Positions 47,424 to 56,709 of a stretch of DNA of 64,000 bases are shown piece by piece. The stretch comes from a virus. Each line of letters begins with the position of its first letter. Within the stretch, counting starts at the first letter, position 1. Made by a program: the position numbers and the translations under genes. The notes beneath the pieces were generated by a model, which did no database searches, was not told the DNA's origin, and worked only from the letters and a program-made list of their open reading frames with translations. The DNA lies in the IMG/VR virus record IMGVR_UViG_3300042402_002687, positions 7,826 to 71,825 of that record; one strand, given 5' to 3'.

Positions 47424-49040
47424 TTATGACTTATAGCCCAAGGAGTTAATTAAACCTTGTGGCAAATATACATTGTTCCATAGCGATGCTGGAGCGGACT
47501 TGGTAAGTTCCTCGCCATCCTCATCATCCTCTGGATCAACACTTTTCTTGATAGCACCAGCAGTTGCGAAGGCCTTAACCTGCTCTTCCTGCTCGGTCAG
47601 AGCTTGCTCTGTTGCTTCTAATTTTTCTTGAAGTTCAGCAGTGCTGGCTTCAAATCCCTTTGTAATATCATCGATCTTATTTTGAACCGAAGCTTCAATC
47701 TCTTCTTTAATTGAAGTAGCGAAGGTTTCGAGTTTTTGATCAACCACATCACTGAGAGCGTTTTTTAGGATTTCAATATCCATTTCTTCCTCCTGTGTGT
47801 TTTCAGTTACTTCAACTTGTGCTGAAGCATTTTCTTGAACATCTGGAACAAGCCAGTTAACTACTCTTTTTAGCAGAGATAGTCTGTTAATTTCTTGTTC
47901 ATTCATGTTAAAGACCTTATCATAGTTTATATCATTTTGCAATTCGCTATCGTTCTCAGTTTTAGTAATCGCATCAATCATTTCTTTGAGAACCTCATTC
48001 ATTGAATTTAGCTCTTCTAAATTGCTGTCTTCAGAAATTTCTTCTAAAGATTCTTTTTTAATTTCATTTGTCATTGAAGACTCCTTTTTCTTTTTCTTTG
48101 GATAACCCTGTGCTGGATTCTTAATGCCAGCACCCATGTTTCCAGTTGTCACTTCGCCTTCTTTTTCAATGCCCTTTTCTTTCGTATTAGCATATCTCTC
48201 AAGGAGTCTGCGACCTTTTGCAGCGAGTTCTGCTGCGTCTTGTGCGTTTTGTGGCACAGGCTCGCCCCATGCAGCAGCAGATAGCGCAAGTCTTGAGGGT
48301 TCTCCATTTGGTTTTTTCATAGGACCAGATGGGTTTGTGAAAAACCGTGTAAGGAATGAACCCTTTCTACGCATTTTTTCTGGAGTATCTGCTGCACCCC
48401 GCACTCCCGGCTTAAGATTTGCGCCTTCAGTCTCTTTAAAGTGTCTACGGCCTGCAGCAGTAAGACCGCCTTTAGGGTCTTTCAGAGGTTGTTTTGCTTT
48501 TTCAAAATCAATATCTTCAACAATATCTAGGATATAGTCAAGATTACCATCAGTGTCCATCTTGATAATGTCAACAACTGCCAGAGCATTTGCGGGGTTA
48601 TCTACGAGGCTAAGTTCGCCAAGCATGTATTGCTTAATAATATTTACAGGTCGACCACGGAACATTTTTTCAGCAGATTCAATTTTTTCAACGATCTTGC
48701 CCCCAATAGAGAAGGCCTTAAGCGTTCCATCCAAAATCTTTTCCCAAGTGTCTTGGGCACCTTTTGATATATAGGCATCAACCTTGATTGCATTATATTT
48801 AGTTCCATCTTGAGCAGTTATTTCAATTGGCTCAAAATTAATTGCTTTACCGACAGCAATGGGTGCATGCATCTCACGGATGTTTCCACCCCAATTTTTA
48901 AATGCTTCTAGTGAGGCACTAAATTCAACAATATCTCCAGATTTGTCAATGTTGTCAGCAGTAGCAATACCACTTACGATTCTCTCTTCTTTCTTGATCA
49001 TGTCAATGGGGAAGGACAAGTTAAAATTTTCCATAGTCAC
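47424..49040 (-). CDS. Prohead protease fused to an inserted basic domain and scaffold-like coiled coil
   Basis: IDKSGDIV, IREMH, AFSIGG, ELSLVDNPAN protease motifs; acidic coiled-coil C-terminus. Confidence 0.9.
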   Translation of the reverse strand: MTMENFNLSFPIDMIKKEERIVSGIATADNIDKSGDIVEFSASLEAFKNWGGNIREMHAPIAVGKAINFEPIEITAQDGTKYNAIKVDAYISKGAQDTWEKILDGTLKAFSIGGKIVEKIESAEKMFRGRPVNIIKQYMLGELSLVDNPANALAVVDIIKMDTDGNLDYILDIVEDIDFEKAKQPLKDPKGGLTAAGRRHFKETEGANLKPGVRGAADTPEKMRRKGSFLTRFFTNPSGPMKKPNGEPSRLALSAAAWGEPVPQNAQDAAELAAKGRRLLERYANTKEKGIEKEGEVTTGNMGAGIKNPAQGYPKKKKKESSMTNEIKKESLEEISEDSNLEELNSMNEVLKEMIDAITKTENDSELQNDINYDKVFNMNEQEINRLSLLKRVVNWLVPDVQENASAQVEVTENTQEEEMDIEILKNALSDVVDQKLETFATSIKEEIEASVQNKIDDITKGFEASTAELQEKLEATEQALTEQEEQVKAFATAGAIKKSVDPEDDEDGEELTKSAPASLWNNVYLPQGLINSLGYKS

Positions 49041-49076
49041 CTCGTAATCTTATATTATACACTATTGTTTGTATAA

Positions 49077-49337
49077 TCAGCCAACTGCGTAAGCCGAAAA
49101 GCTAACACCGGCTGTAACAATTTTAATTGTTGTATAGTCGCCTGGAATTTTATGGTATGTGTGACTACCAGCATCTGGTGAATGCGGAATGACAACTTGA
49201 TGTATCCCATTTAATTCAATAATAGCACTTGTTGTGTTGCTTTTATTCCATACAAACAGATAATCAGTATGATGTCCAATTGACACCACTCCGTCTGTGC
49301 TTGCGATAGCTGTTGTTGTATATACGATACTACTCAT
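49077..49337 (-). CDS. Small beta-rich protein (possible head decoration)
   Basis: GGAGA RBS before MSSIVYTT; between portal and protease. Confidence 0.6.
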   Translation of the reverse strand: MSSIVYTTTAIASTDGVVSIGHHTDYLFVWNKSNTTSAIIELNGIHQVVIPHSPDAGSHTYHKIPGDYTTIKIVTAGVSFSAYAVG

Positions 49338-50964
49338 TATTTTCTCCTTCAAATACCTTAACGGTATCTGTATTATCGCCAGAATCTTGACTCTGACCTC
49401 TTTCTTTTTGATCTCCAGTGCCTTGTACACCACTTGGTGTCGCTCCACTGTCAGATCTAGACTTTGGCGGTTCAGATGATGCATTATTGGAATTACCAAT
49501 AGGCGCTCCACCATTCTCCTGCTTAACTTTTGTAGGGAACGGCAACATATCATCACCCTCAGATCTTTCTGGCAAGCCAATCTTGCTTCTAACCTCATTA
49601 GGACTTACAACCTCTGTACGGAGGTATCTGTCATAAATTCTTGATTCCATGTCCTCATCAAGCAAGTCAATCTTCTTCAACTTAAACTGGAGAAGGTCTG
49701 TGAACTCGGCAAGAAGTCTATTAATCTTCTTTTCAATAATTGCTTGGTCTGGGCCGATTACTTGAATCTTGAATGTTTTATCAGCATCTCTTGAAACAGC
49801 AAGGTTTGCATTGTCATAAACACCAACTTTTGGTGCGGGAACCCTATTTGCAATAAGAATCTCATCACGGTTTGATTTGCGATACTTATCAAAAGAAGCA
49901 TCCTGAATTCCCGCTTCCAGTTTCTCAAACTTAATGTCAGCATCTCCACCAATTCCGGCAGGCAATGGAACAATAAGAGTTCCGTGATTACGACCCTTGA
50001 CTTCTGTTCTAAAGTAGTTTACCAATTCCATTTTGGAACGATTACTTAATTTAGCACCTTTAAGAATAATTGCATAACGAGGAATTGCTTTATTTTCAAA
50101 ATAATCAATGTTGTATTCTTTTGCAAACTTATCGCCAACAATTGCGGCAGCAGCAGATACGGCTGCGGGGATACCGTAATATGTATTATTAGGAGAATAC
50201 ATCTTGAAATGGATGATTTCATTAGGATTTGGATCACTATTGATAGGGTCTTTCATTTCCAAATCTTGGAAGTTTCTAAAGAACACTGCTTGAATTTTAT
50301 TTGCTCTTGACAGTTGCACGAAACCATCACGATGTCTTCTAACACGAACCATCGTTGCTGGAATATGACCAATATAGCCAACTTTGCCAGAATTATTTCT
50401 ACCTATTTCAAGATAACCGTTTCCTACTGTTAGACAATCTTGCCAAACACGAACGAGGGTTTCAATAAGAGTTTCTTCAACATTCAAGTCTTCAAAAAGA
50501 ACTTCAAGCTCTTCTCGTAAATCTTGCAAGTTCTTGCGAGTTCTTTCCAGCTTTGCTGGATCATCTTGTGCTTTCTCAATCCTTCTTCTTGATTTGAGGG
50601 TTTCTGAAAACTCAAATCCAAGTCCTACTGTATTCATAACTCTTGCATTAATAGCTGCGCAGTGGATTGCACTTTGGTCATACAACTTAGCAAGACTATC
50701 CAAGTCGTATGGAGGGTTTACAATATCCCAAAGAGAATATCCATTAACAACTTCTGGGTCAAGATATTTTGATTTTGTGCCATCTTCACCTTCGTGTCTT
50801 TTCTGTATCTTGTATGCTTTCCTCTTCATTCTTGGAGAAAGAGAATCTATCTTCACCATTGAGAATGGGTCTATCGCTTCCTCAGTTGAAGAGAAGCCAG
50901 TGTATGAAATATCATCAATTTCATCAGAAAAGTCTTGTTCGGCTAATACCATTTTGTTGTCCAT
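49330..50964 (-). CDS. Portal protein
   Basis: GNGYLEI, EIIHFK..YYGIP, YFENKAIP, RVPAPKVG, SPNEVRSKIGLP. Confidence 0.93.
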   Translation of the reverse strand: MDNKMVLAEQDFSDEIDDISYTGFSSTEEAIDPFSMVKIDSLSPRMKRKAYKIQKRHEGEDGTKSKYLDPEVVNGYSLWDIVNPPYDLDSLAKLYDQSAIHCAAINARVMNTVGLGFEFSETLKSRRRIEKAQDDPAKLERTRKNLQDLREELEVLFEDLNVEETLIETLVRVWQDCLTVGNGYLEIGRNNSGKVGYIGHIPATMVRVRRHRDGFVQLSRANKIQAVFFRNFQDLEMKDPINSDPNPNEIIHFKMYSPNNTYYGIPAAVSAAAAIVGDKFAKEYNIDYFENKAIPRYAIILKGAKLSNRSKMELVNYFRTEVKGRNHGTLIVPLPAGIGGDADIKFEKLEAGIQDASFDKYRKSNRDEILIANRVPAPKVGVYDNANLAVSRDADKTFKIQVIGPDQAIIEKKINRLLAEFTDLLQFKLKKIDLLDEDMESRIYDRYLRTEVVSPNEVRSKIGLPERSEGDDMLPFPTKVKQENGGAPIGNSNNASSEPPKSRSDSGATPSGVQGTGDQKERGQSQDSGDNTDTVKVFEGENNE

Positions 50965-50966
50965 AA

Positions 50967-51302
50967 TTACTTCCTAAAGTGCTCGTCAAACACATCTTCA
51001 AAAGGATCGGCTACCAAGCCAGCAGCGAGGCGCTCTGCTTGGTCATCTCTCTCATCAGAAGAAACTTTTCTTGCACCAGGAACCCAACGGATTACTCCAT
51101 CTTCAGAACCTGTCCAGTATTTGGCGGCCTCGGCAACACGAAGTTCAAGAGATTCATCACCAACAAGACCTTCTGCACAGAGAACACCATCTCCATCAGT
51201 TAATGGAAGACCATCTGGCATTATCCAAAGACATACGCCATAGGTTCTCTCCGGAACCCAAATATTTTTACTTTTGATCATATCTGAAGACATTTGAGAC
51301 AA
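50967..51302 (-). CDS. Hypothetical protein
   Basis: ORF directly upstream of portal with its own -10 (TGTAGAAT). Confidence 0.7.
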   Translation of the reverse strand: MSQMSSDMIKSKNIWVPERTYGVCLWIMPDGLPLTDGDGVLCAEGLVGDESLELRVAEAAKYWTGSEDGVIRWVPGARKVSSDERDDQAERLAAGLVADPFEDVFDEHFRK

Positions 51303-51354
51303 TTCTACACCACTTTCTTTAATTTATCCACATTGCATTGACAACTTCTGTCAA

Positions 51355-53421
51355 TTATTTAGGAATGTTGTCTTTAATAAGTTTAATTTCGCAAGAATCT
51401 GTACTGCAATAGTTTTCACCAATAGCGTCTGCTGCCATTCCTGCATAAACTCCGGAGAAGTCAATTGGGAATAATTTCATTTCACCATCATTGATATATT
51501 CCTCTTCTGTTATTTGAGTGTATGGCATTTGAGGATATGTAAAATTACCTGAAGGTAGGAAAGACACAGTTTTAAGTTGTCCGTCATACATGTGCAAGAC
51601 GGTTCCAATATGCTTCTGCTCCTTTTCCGAATCAAAAGAGATTGTGACTGACACAGAGTTATCTGACCAGTATCTTTGAGCATGAGCAGCTATTGCCATT
51701 TTCTCAAATATAGTGACATCCTTTTCCGCTCTTCTTGCTAAAGACTTGATTGGAAAAAATACGACAGATGTTGTATCTGGGGATTCAGATGCTGGCTCAA
51801 CACGGTAATTAGCCATGCGGAATAGAGGCAACATTGGATCATCATTAGAAAAACGAATTGCACGATTAAAGTACTTACCACCTGGTGTCCAATGAACTCC
51901 CGGAGACTCTCCAGCCAAAATTGAAACAGTACCGGAAGGCTTAACAGTTGTCATCTTGATTGATTCACGAATACCAAACCATTCTGAATAGATGTTGTCG
52001 TATCTTTTAATTGTTTCATATCCACTATTCATCCATTGACGCAATACAGGCATTCCATTGATGTCAGCAAAATTTGCAATACCAGACATTGACGCACCAA
52101 TACGGCGATTTCTTTGCATGATTGCATTTGTTTTTTCCCAATGAGTTGGAAGAAGAGTTACAGTTTTTGCATAAAGATAAGCAAACTTCAAAGTGCGCTT
52201 ATAGTCATCAAGAGAGTCGTGACGGTTGAGGTAGGTTTCAACAAGAGTGCAGCACTCGTATGATTCAAGTGATTGCTCTGCACAGGGGTTATAACCAGCA
52301 ACACGCCAGTCTTTATTATTTGGAGGATCAGCCAAGCGGCCATATTGCTGAGACATGTCCATCCAAATAACTCCGGGTTCACCATTCAAAGCAATGCTGT
52401 CAATAATATTTGAGATATCAGCACCAACCTTTGTCTCGATAGAGTTGTTACTCATCCATCCATGTCCGGGATCACTAGGATCGTATGAATTTCTTTCAGG
52501 GAATACTTCAGGATTTTTCAGATTTAAAAAGTCTTCCGTATTGCGACCAATAAACAACTCTGCTGAACGGCGAACATTCCCTGATACAACACAAACACCA
52601 ATTAAGTTACCCATATCGGCAATATCGACTGTTGTTAACTTTTCCCCTCCACGACCTTCAAACATTTTTTTAATCTTTTTATGAAGTTTCATCAATGGCT
52701 CTGGACCAGATGCTGTGCCTCCAAATGTTGCAATTGGCGATCCATATGGTCTTATAAGTGAGTAATCAAATTCGATTGTTGGCTGATCTGGCTTTAGATA
52801 TGAATTAATTAAATCACCAGTTGCTCTAGCCCAACTCTCTCTGTCATCTGCAATGACATCAACAAACACCTTGTCTAAAGGTTTGTAAATATTAAAATCT
52901 TTATCGGAACCCTTGTCGTCAAAACCAACACCAATGCCAAGCATTGATGCTTCCATCAAAAAAGTAAATGGCTCAGCAGGATTGTCTTTAGACATTTCAG
53001 ATGTTGAAACAAAAGCACAGTTTTGAAGAGCAGCGGAGTTCTTGTGAATGTTTACAAGAGGTGTTCCCATAATCCAAAGTCCACGACCTGGGGGTGTCCA
53101 CTTGAGATTAAATAAGCGATCAAAGGCTTCTTTTGCGCTAGATTGAGCCTTTACGCCGTTCCAAGGTAGACGGTTTTTTCTGCAGTGGTCTTTTTGTAGC
53201 GAGTACATGCCATTAATGACACGCTCGCAAACATCAGTCCAAGTCTCCTTTGTTCCATCCTGTTTTTTTCTTGAATATGTCCTCAAGAAAGTTATTTCCC
53301 CAACCGAGTTGCCTGCAGCGTCTCTGTATCCAAATGGGGCTTTTTTGTTTTTATATGATGATACAAAATCATCACTAAGTCTGAATGAAAATAGACTTTC
53401 ATTTAATGTGCTTGAAACCAT
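51355..53421 (-). CDS. nrdJ: Class II (adenosylcobalamin-dependent) ribonucleotide reductase, monomeric RTPR type
   Basis: PPGRGLW, LQNCAF, GNVRRSA, NPCAEQ, TVKPSGTVS, C-terminal CSTDSC; AGGAGA RBS. Confidence 0.95.
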   Translation of the reverse strand: MVSSTLNESLFSFRLSDDFVSSYKNKKAPFGYRDAAGNSVGEITFLRTYSRKKQDGTKETWTDVCERVINGMYSLQKDHCRKNRLPWNGVKAQSSAKEAFDRLFNLKWTPPGRGLWIMGTPLVNIHKNSAALQNCAFVSTSEMSKDNPAEPFTFLMEASMLGIGVGFDDKGSDKDFNIYKPLDKVFVDVIADDRESWARATGDLINSYLKPDQPTIEFDYSLIRPYGSPIATFGGTASGPEPLMKLHKKIKKMFEGRGGEKLTTVDIADMGNLIGVCVVSGNVRRSAELFIGRNTEDFLNLKNPEVFPERNSYDPSDPGHGWMSNNSIETKVGADISNIIDSIALNGEPGVIWMDMSQQYGRLADPPNNKDWRVAGYNPCAEQSLESYECCTLVETYLNRHDSLDDYKRTLKFAYLYAKTVTLLPTHWEKTNAIMQRNRRIGASMSGIANFADINGMPVLRQWMNSGYETIKRYDNIYSEWFGIRESIKMTTVKPSGTVSILAGESPGVHWTPGGKYFNRAIRFSNDDPMLPLFRMANYRVEPASESPDTTSVVFFPIKSLARRAEKDVTIFEKMAIAAHAQRYWSDNSVSVTISFDSEKEQKHIGTVLHMYDGQLKTVSFLPSGNFTYPQMPYTQITEEEYINDGEMKLFPIDFSGVYAGMAADAIGENYCSTDSCEIKLIKDNIPK

Positions 53422-53481
53422 GAATCTCCTTAATAGTGTAGACAACAATTTTATCAAACCTAGAACTAAGCGCAATAGATA

Positions 53482-54501
53482 TTACTTAGGTCTAATGTTT
53501 TTTTCGTATTCGTCTAGTCTATCGAGCATCATATCAGCAATTGCCGGCCATGAATGGTTAGCGTGAATTATTTTTGCAGAATTCAAAGCGAGCATTTTGA
53601 AGAGGTCATATTCATTAACGACATTCTCCATGTGCATCACAAGTTCTTCAAAATCAGGTATAGCCCAGTCCCCAGTGTCTGTTGCGTATGAATGGCTGTT
53701 GAAAGTTGCATCACCATATTCAGCTGCCAATGGTATTCCATAATGAGCAAAGTCAGCGCAACCAGTTAGGTTTGTGACAATTGTTGGCATACCGGTTGCC
53801 ATTGCTTCAAAAGGTATCATTCCAAAACCTTCTCCACTTGTTGGGTAAACCATGCAATGACATTTGGCATAAAGTTGTATTATCTCATCATTAGAGAAAA
53901 TATCTGGAATACCGATAATTTGAGGATGCTGGTCAGCTTGAACAAGCTTGCCATTTACATAGGCTTCTGCAAAACAGAACTTATTATACTTAAGTATTAA
54001 TTTAAAATCCTCTTTACCTTCATAAAGTTCTAGAAAGGCATCAACAACAAGTTGAGCATTCTTTCTTTTAGCATCTCCACCAATATGTAGAAAATTAAAT
54101 GTATTATTTAATTCTCTTTCAATAATTCTATATTCTGAAGAGATACCATGAGGTATTACAAATATCTCTTTAGATATACCATTGTTAATGTAAACATCTT
54201 TTACAAAGTTTGATGTAGTCCATATTTCATCACAAATGTTCATATTGTAATGCCAGCCTTCTGGTATTCGTGTAGACTCCCAAGGAGTATAACCTATATT
54301 ATAAGAATTTGACAATTGATAATAATAAGGCTGACAGAAATTAATATGAAAAGGTATTTCTGGATTGTTATACATAACAACAGTATTTTTTTCCTGAAGA
54401 GCGGTAATCATACTTACTGCAGCGTTTGTGTACCCCTGACTAGACCAAAGTTCACCACTTAAGTCCATGTTCTGAGCGCTAAACCAGCTTATTTTTTTCA
54501 T
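53482..54501 (-). CDS. Glycosyltransferase, GT4/GT-B family
   Basis: YTPWES, IPHG, KRKN, EGFGMIPFEAMATG (Ex7E). Confidence 0.9.
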   Translation of the reverse strand: MKKISWFSAQNMDLSGELWSSQGYTNAAVSMITALQEKNTVVMYNNPEIPFHINFCQPYYYQLSNSYNIGYTPWESTRIPEGWHYNMNICDEIWTTSNFVKDVYINNGISKEIFVIPHGISSEYRIIERELNNTFNFLHIGGDAKRKNAQLVVDAFLELYEGKEDFKLILKYNKFCFAEAYVNGKLVQADQHPQIIGIPDIFSNDEIIQLYAKCHCMVYPTSGEGFGMIPFEAMATGMPTIVTNLTGCADFAHYGIPLAAEYGDATFNSHSYATDTGDWAIPDFEELVMHMENVVNEYDLFKMLALNSAKIIHANHSWPAIADMMLDRLDEYEKNIRPK

Positions 54502-54505
54502 TTAT

Positions 54506-54760
54506 TTAATCTGTCTTCTTTTTATCGGTAATTTCTTTAGCGTGAGGTATCTCATCATTGAAGTCCAAATATTTTACACCATTATCGATTAATTTTTCAG
54601 CACAATCCTGATCAATTTCACAAGTTATGGCTCTTCCAGTAAAAGCACAGTAGGTTGCGGCAATATAGAAATCAGAACATTTAACAACACTAATCACATC
54701 TTCGTCAAGGACAACGAATGGTCCACAGTCTTCAGATTCTACAATTGCGATAATTTTCAT
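54506..54760 (-). CDS. Hypothetical protein
   Basis: First gene of the leftward arm; ATG ~6 nt after TATTAT. Confidence 0.65.
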   Translation of the reverse strand: MKIIAIVESEDCGPFVVLDEDVISVVKCSDFYIAATYCAFTGRAITCEIDQDCAEKLIDNGVKYLDFNDEIPHAKEITDKKKTD

Positions 54761-54770
54761 ATATATATAA

Positions 54771-54860
54771 TACTATTAGTACTCTATTAGTACATTAAAT
54801 ACTATAGGTATACTAGGTATACCATAGTGTACTAAGTATACTGGCGCATCTTCCGATGCG
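54771..54860. repeat. Eight ~10-bp-periodic degenerate TAG..TAC units plus hairpin at the strand switch (candidate origin/operator array)
   Basis: TAC ends at 54773, 54782, 54793, 54802, 54813, 54822, 54832, 54841; then CGCATC-TTCC-GATGCG. Confidence 0.6.
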
Positions 54861-54917
54861 AAGCATACCATGCCCTTCAAGAAAAATATCAAAATTTTCA
54901 TTTTTTTTTCCAAGCCC

Positions 54918-54930
54918 TGCTATCCTACTG
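54918..54930 (+). promoter_or_regulatory. Extended -10 promoter TGCTATCCTACTG (leaderless thyX)
   Basis: 12/13 match to 58227-58239; ATG 6 nt after TATCCT. Confidence 0.55.
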
Positions 54931-54932
54931 GT

Positions 54933-55628
54933 ATGACAAACGAATATTATCATGAAGTATTGGATTTTGGAGAAATTGAGTTAATCTCATCGATGGCATC
55001 AGATCTTGATGTAGTCAATGCTGCCAAGGTCAGCTTCTCTTCTTATAAGAAAGAAATTGATGAATCCTGCGTTGGCTTGATTAATTACCTTGTAAAGAAC
55101 AAACATGCGACTCCGCTTGAACATTCCGTTTTTAAATTCCGCATAAAGGCTCCCATCTTCGTTACAAGGGAGTGGATGAGGCATCGCTGGTCATCGTTTA
55201 ATGAGATGAGTATGAGATATTATGTTCCACCTAAAATTGATTACTATATCCCAGCCTTTGAGAATATTAGAAGACAAACCGGAAAACCTGGTGCTTATTC
55301 TTTTGAAGAAATTGAAGACCCAGATCTCAAATCATTGGTTATGCGCAGGATGCAAGAAGTAATTGGCTATTCTGATTTAGTTTATCGAGACTTGATTGAA
55401 TTAGGTGTCGCTAAAGAAATTGCTCGATGTGTGTTGCCGGTAAGTCAGTATACAGAGTTTATATGGACAGTTAACGCTAGAAGTTTGATTAATTTTATTT
55501 CATTAAGAAATGATTCAAATGCTCAATATGAAATTAATGAATATGCAAAAATTATTGAAAAAGTTTTTGCTCAAAAAATGCCAATAACATATGAAGCATT
55601 CATTAATTCTGGTAGAGTATCTATATGA
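54933..55628 (+). CDS. thyX: Flavin-dependent thymidylate synthase
   Basis: HATPLEH, REWMRHRWSSFNEMSMRY, EIARCVLP, NARSLINFISLR..AQYEI. Confidence 0.96.
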   Translation: MTNEYYHEVLDFGEIELISSMASDLDVVNAAKVSFSSYKKEIDESCVGLINYLVKNKHATPLEHSVFKFRIKAPIFVTREWMRHRWSSFNEMSMRYYVPPKIDYYIPAFENIRRQTGKPGAYSFEEIEDPDLKSLVMRRMQEVIGYSDLVYRDLIELGVAKEIARCVLPVSQYTEFIWTVNARSLINFISLRNDSNAQYEINEYAKIIEKVFAQKMPITYEAFINSGRVSI

Positions 55629-55795
55629 GTTTTTTTCTATTTTGGTCATGGATTGCAATCCATACATTAATACTGAATATAGCAATAAAAGCTGGATGGA
55701 GCCATGACGCAGGCTATGTTGCTCCATTCTTAATGATTCTTTCATTACATTTAATTATTGCATTGTTTAATGCCAAAAATAGAAGTGGATCTTAA
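55625..55795 (+). CDS. Small two-TM membrane protein (56 aa; not in ORF track)
   Basis: MSFFLFWSWIAIHTLILNIAIKAGWSHDAGYVAPFLMILSLHLIIALFNAKNRSGS*; ATGA overlap with thyX. Confidence 0.6.
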   Translation: MSFFLFWSWIAIHTLILNIAIKAGWSHDAGYVAPFLMILSLHLIIALFNAKNRSGS

Positions 55796-56180
55796 ATCTT
55801 TCTTAAAGGATAAAAAAGTATTGGCTTTGTCTGATACATCTTATCCCCATAAATATATAAAAGACTTTTGCAACGAAATATCTGAGTCCGTTGTCGATGT
55901 TTATGTATCCCCAGCAACAACATCTGGATTTTTGAAAGTCTATGTCTCTCATACTGGAAACAGGCGATCAAAAATATTGAAAGATAAGAAATTTTTGTTG
56001 TTTAACAAAATTAAGCCAAAAGATTATATTATTGTTATATTTTTTGGTTCTAAAAAGACAAAAGAAACAAGAATGTTGACAGTTTTGGCGCAACAGCTCG
56101 TAATTCACGATTATAATATAATTACAGTAACCGAGGAAGGAGTAGATTATGACAAGGATAATCCCATTTTCAAACAATGA
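55770..56180 (+). CDS. Hypothetical protein
   Basis: ORF in the rightward operon. Confidence 0.6.
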   Translation: MPKIEVDLKSFLKDKKVLALSDTSYPHKYIKDFCNEISESVVDVYVSPATTSGFLKVYVSHTGNRRSKILKDKKFLLFNKIKPKDYIIVIFFGSKKTKETRMLTVLAQQLVIHDYNIITVTEEGVDYDKDNPIFKQ

Positions 56181-56388
56181 GCACATAGATGACTATGAAA
56201 CCTTGGAGATAAGAATCAAGTCTGTCCCTTTTGAGGATGGCTATGCCCCGGTCTTCTATATTTCTAGCCCAAGTGATGATTACATAATGGATATTGAAGA
56301 ACTTGGTTGCCTAATGGATGGGATAGACATTGCTAGAAAAAATATAGATGATATTATAGATGTCTTACTGAGGTCTAAGAATGAATAG
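56149..56388 (+). CDS. Hypothetical protein
   Basis: AAGGAG RBS. Confidence 0.65.
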   Translation: MTRIIPFSNNEHIDDYETLEIRIKSVPFEDGYAPVFYISSPSDDYIMDIEELGCLMDGIDIARKNIDDIIDVLLRSKNE

Positions 56389-56686
56389 TGTTCCTGGTTT
56401 AATTATGGGTCGTGTCCTTCCCAATTTCCCCTACCCAGAAAAAGAATGCCCCTATTGCTATCAAAAACTAAAGATTGTAAATGCTGTACATTGGGAAGAA
56501 GACATGTACCAATACAAGGCTTTATACCTAGATCCAAATCCAGAATGCCCAGTATACGATGAAGGTGCTCGAAAAGCATACGCTAGAATTGTCTATTCAA
56601 CAGAACAAGCCTATGCTGAGTTTAATGCAATCTCAATACCAGTTCAGAGATGGGGTCAAGAAGATTTGTACAGCTATTATAAGTGA
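56381..56686 (+). CDS. Hypothetical protein with Cys motif
   Basis: CPYC...DPNPECP; overlaps upstream stop. Confidence 0.65.
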   Translation: MNSVPGLIMGRVLPNFPYPEKECPYCYQKLKIVNAVHWEEDMYQYKALYLDPNPECPVYDEGARKAYARIVYSTEQAYAEFNAISIPVQRWGQEDLYSYYK

Positions 56687-56709
56687 TTAATGGTAAACTG
56701 GTAGATACT

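Noticed and set aside
49338-49598. N-terminal extension of ORF 49077-49598
   Set aside because: Overlaps the portal gene; the RBS supports a start at 49337
47424-53421. Intein or intron in the protease insert or RNR
   Set aside because: No intein splice-junction motifs (C/S start, HN-C/S/T end) recognised; RNR is normal length and uninterrupted
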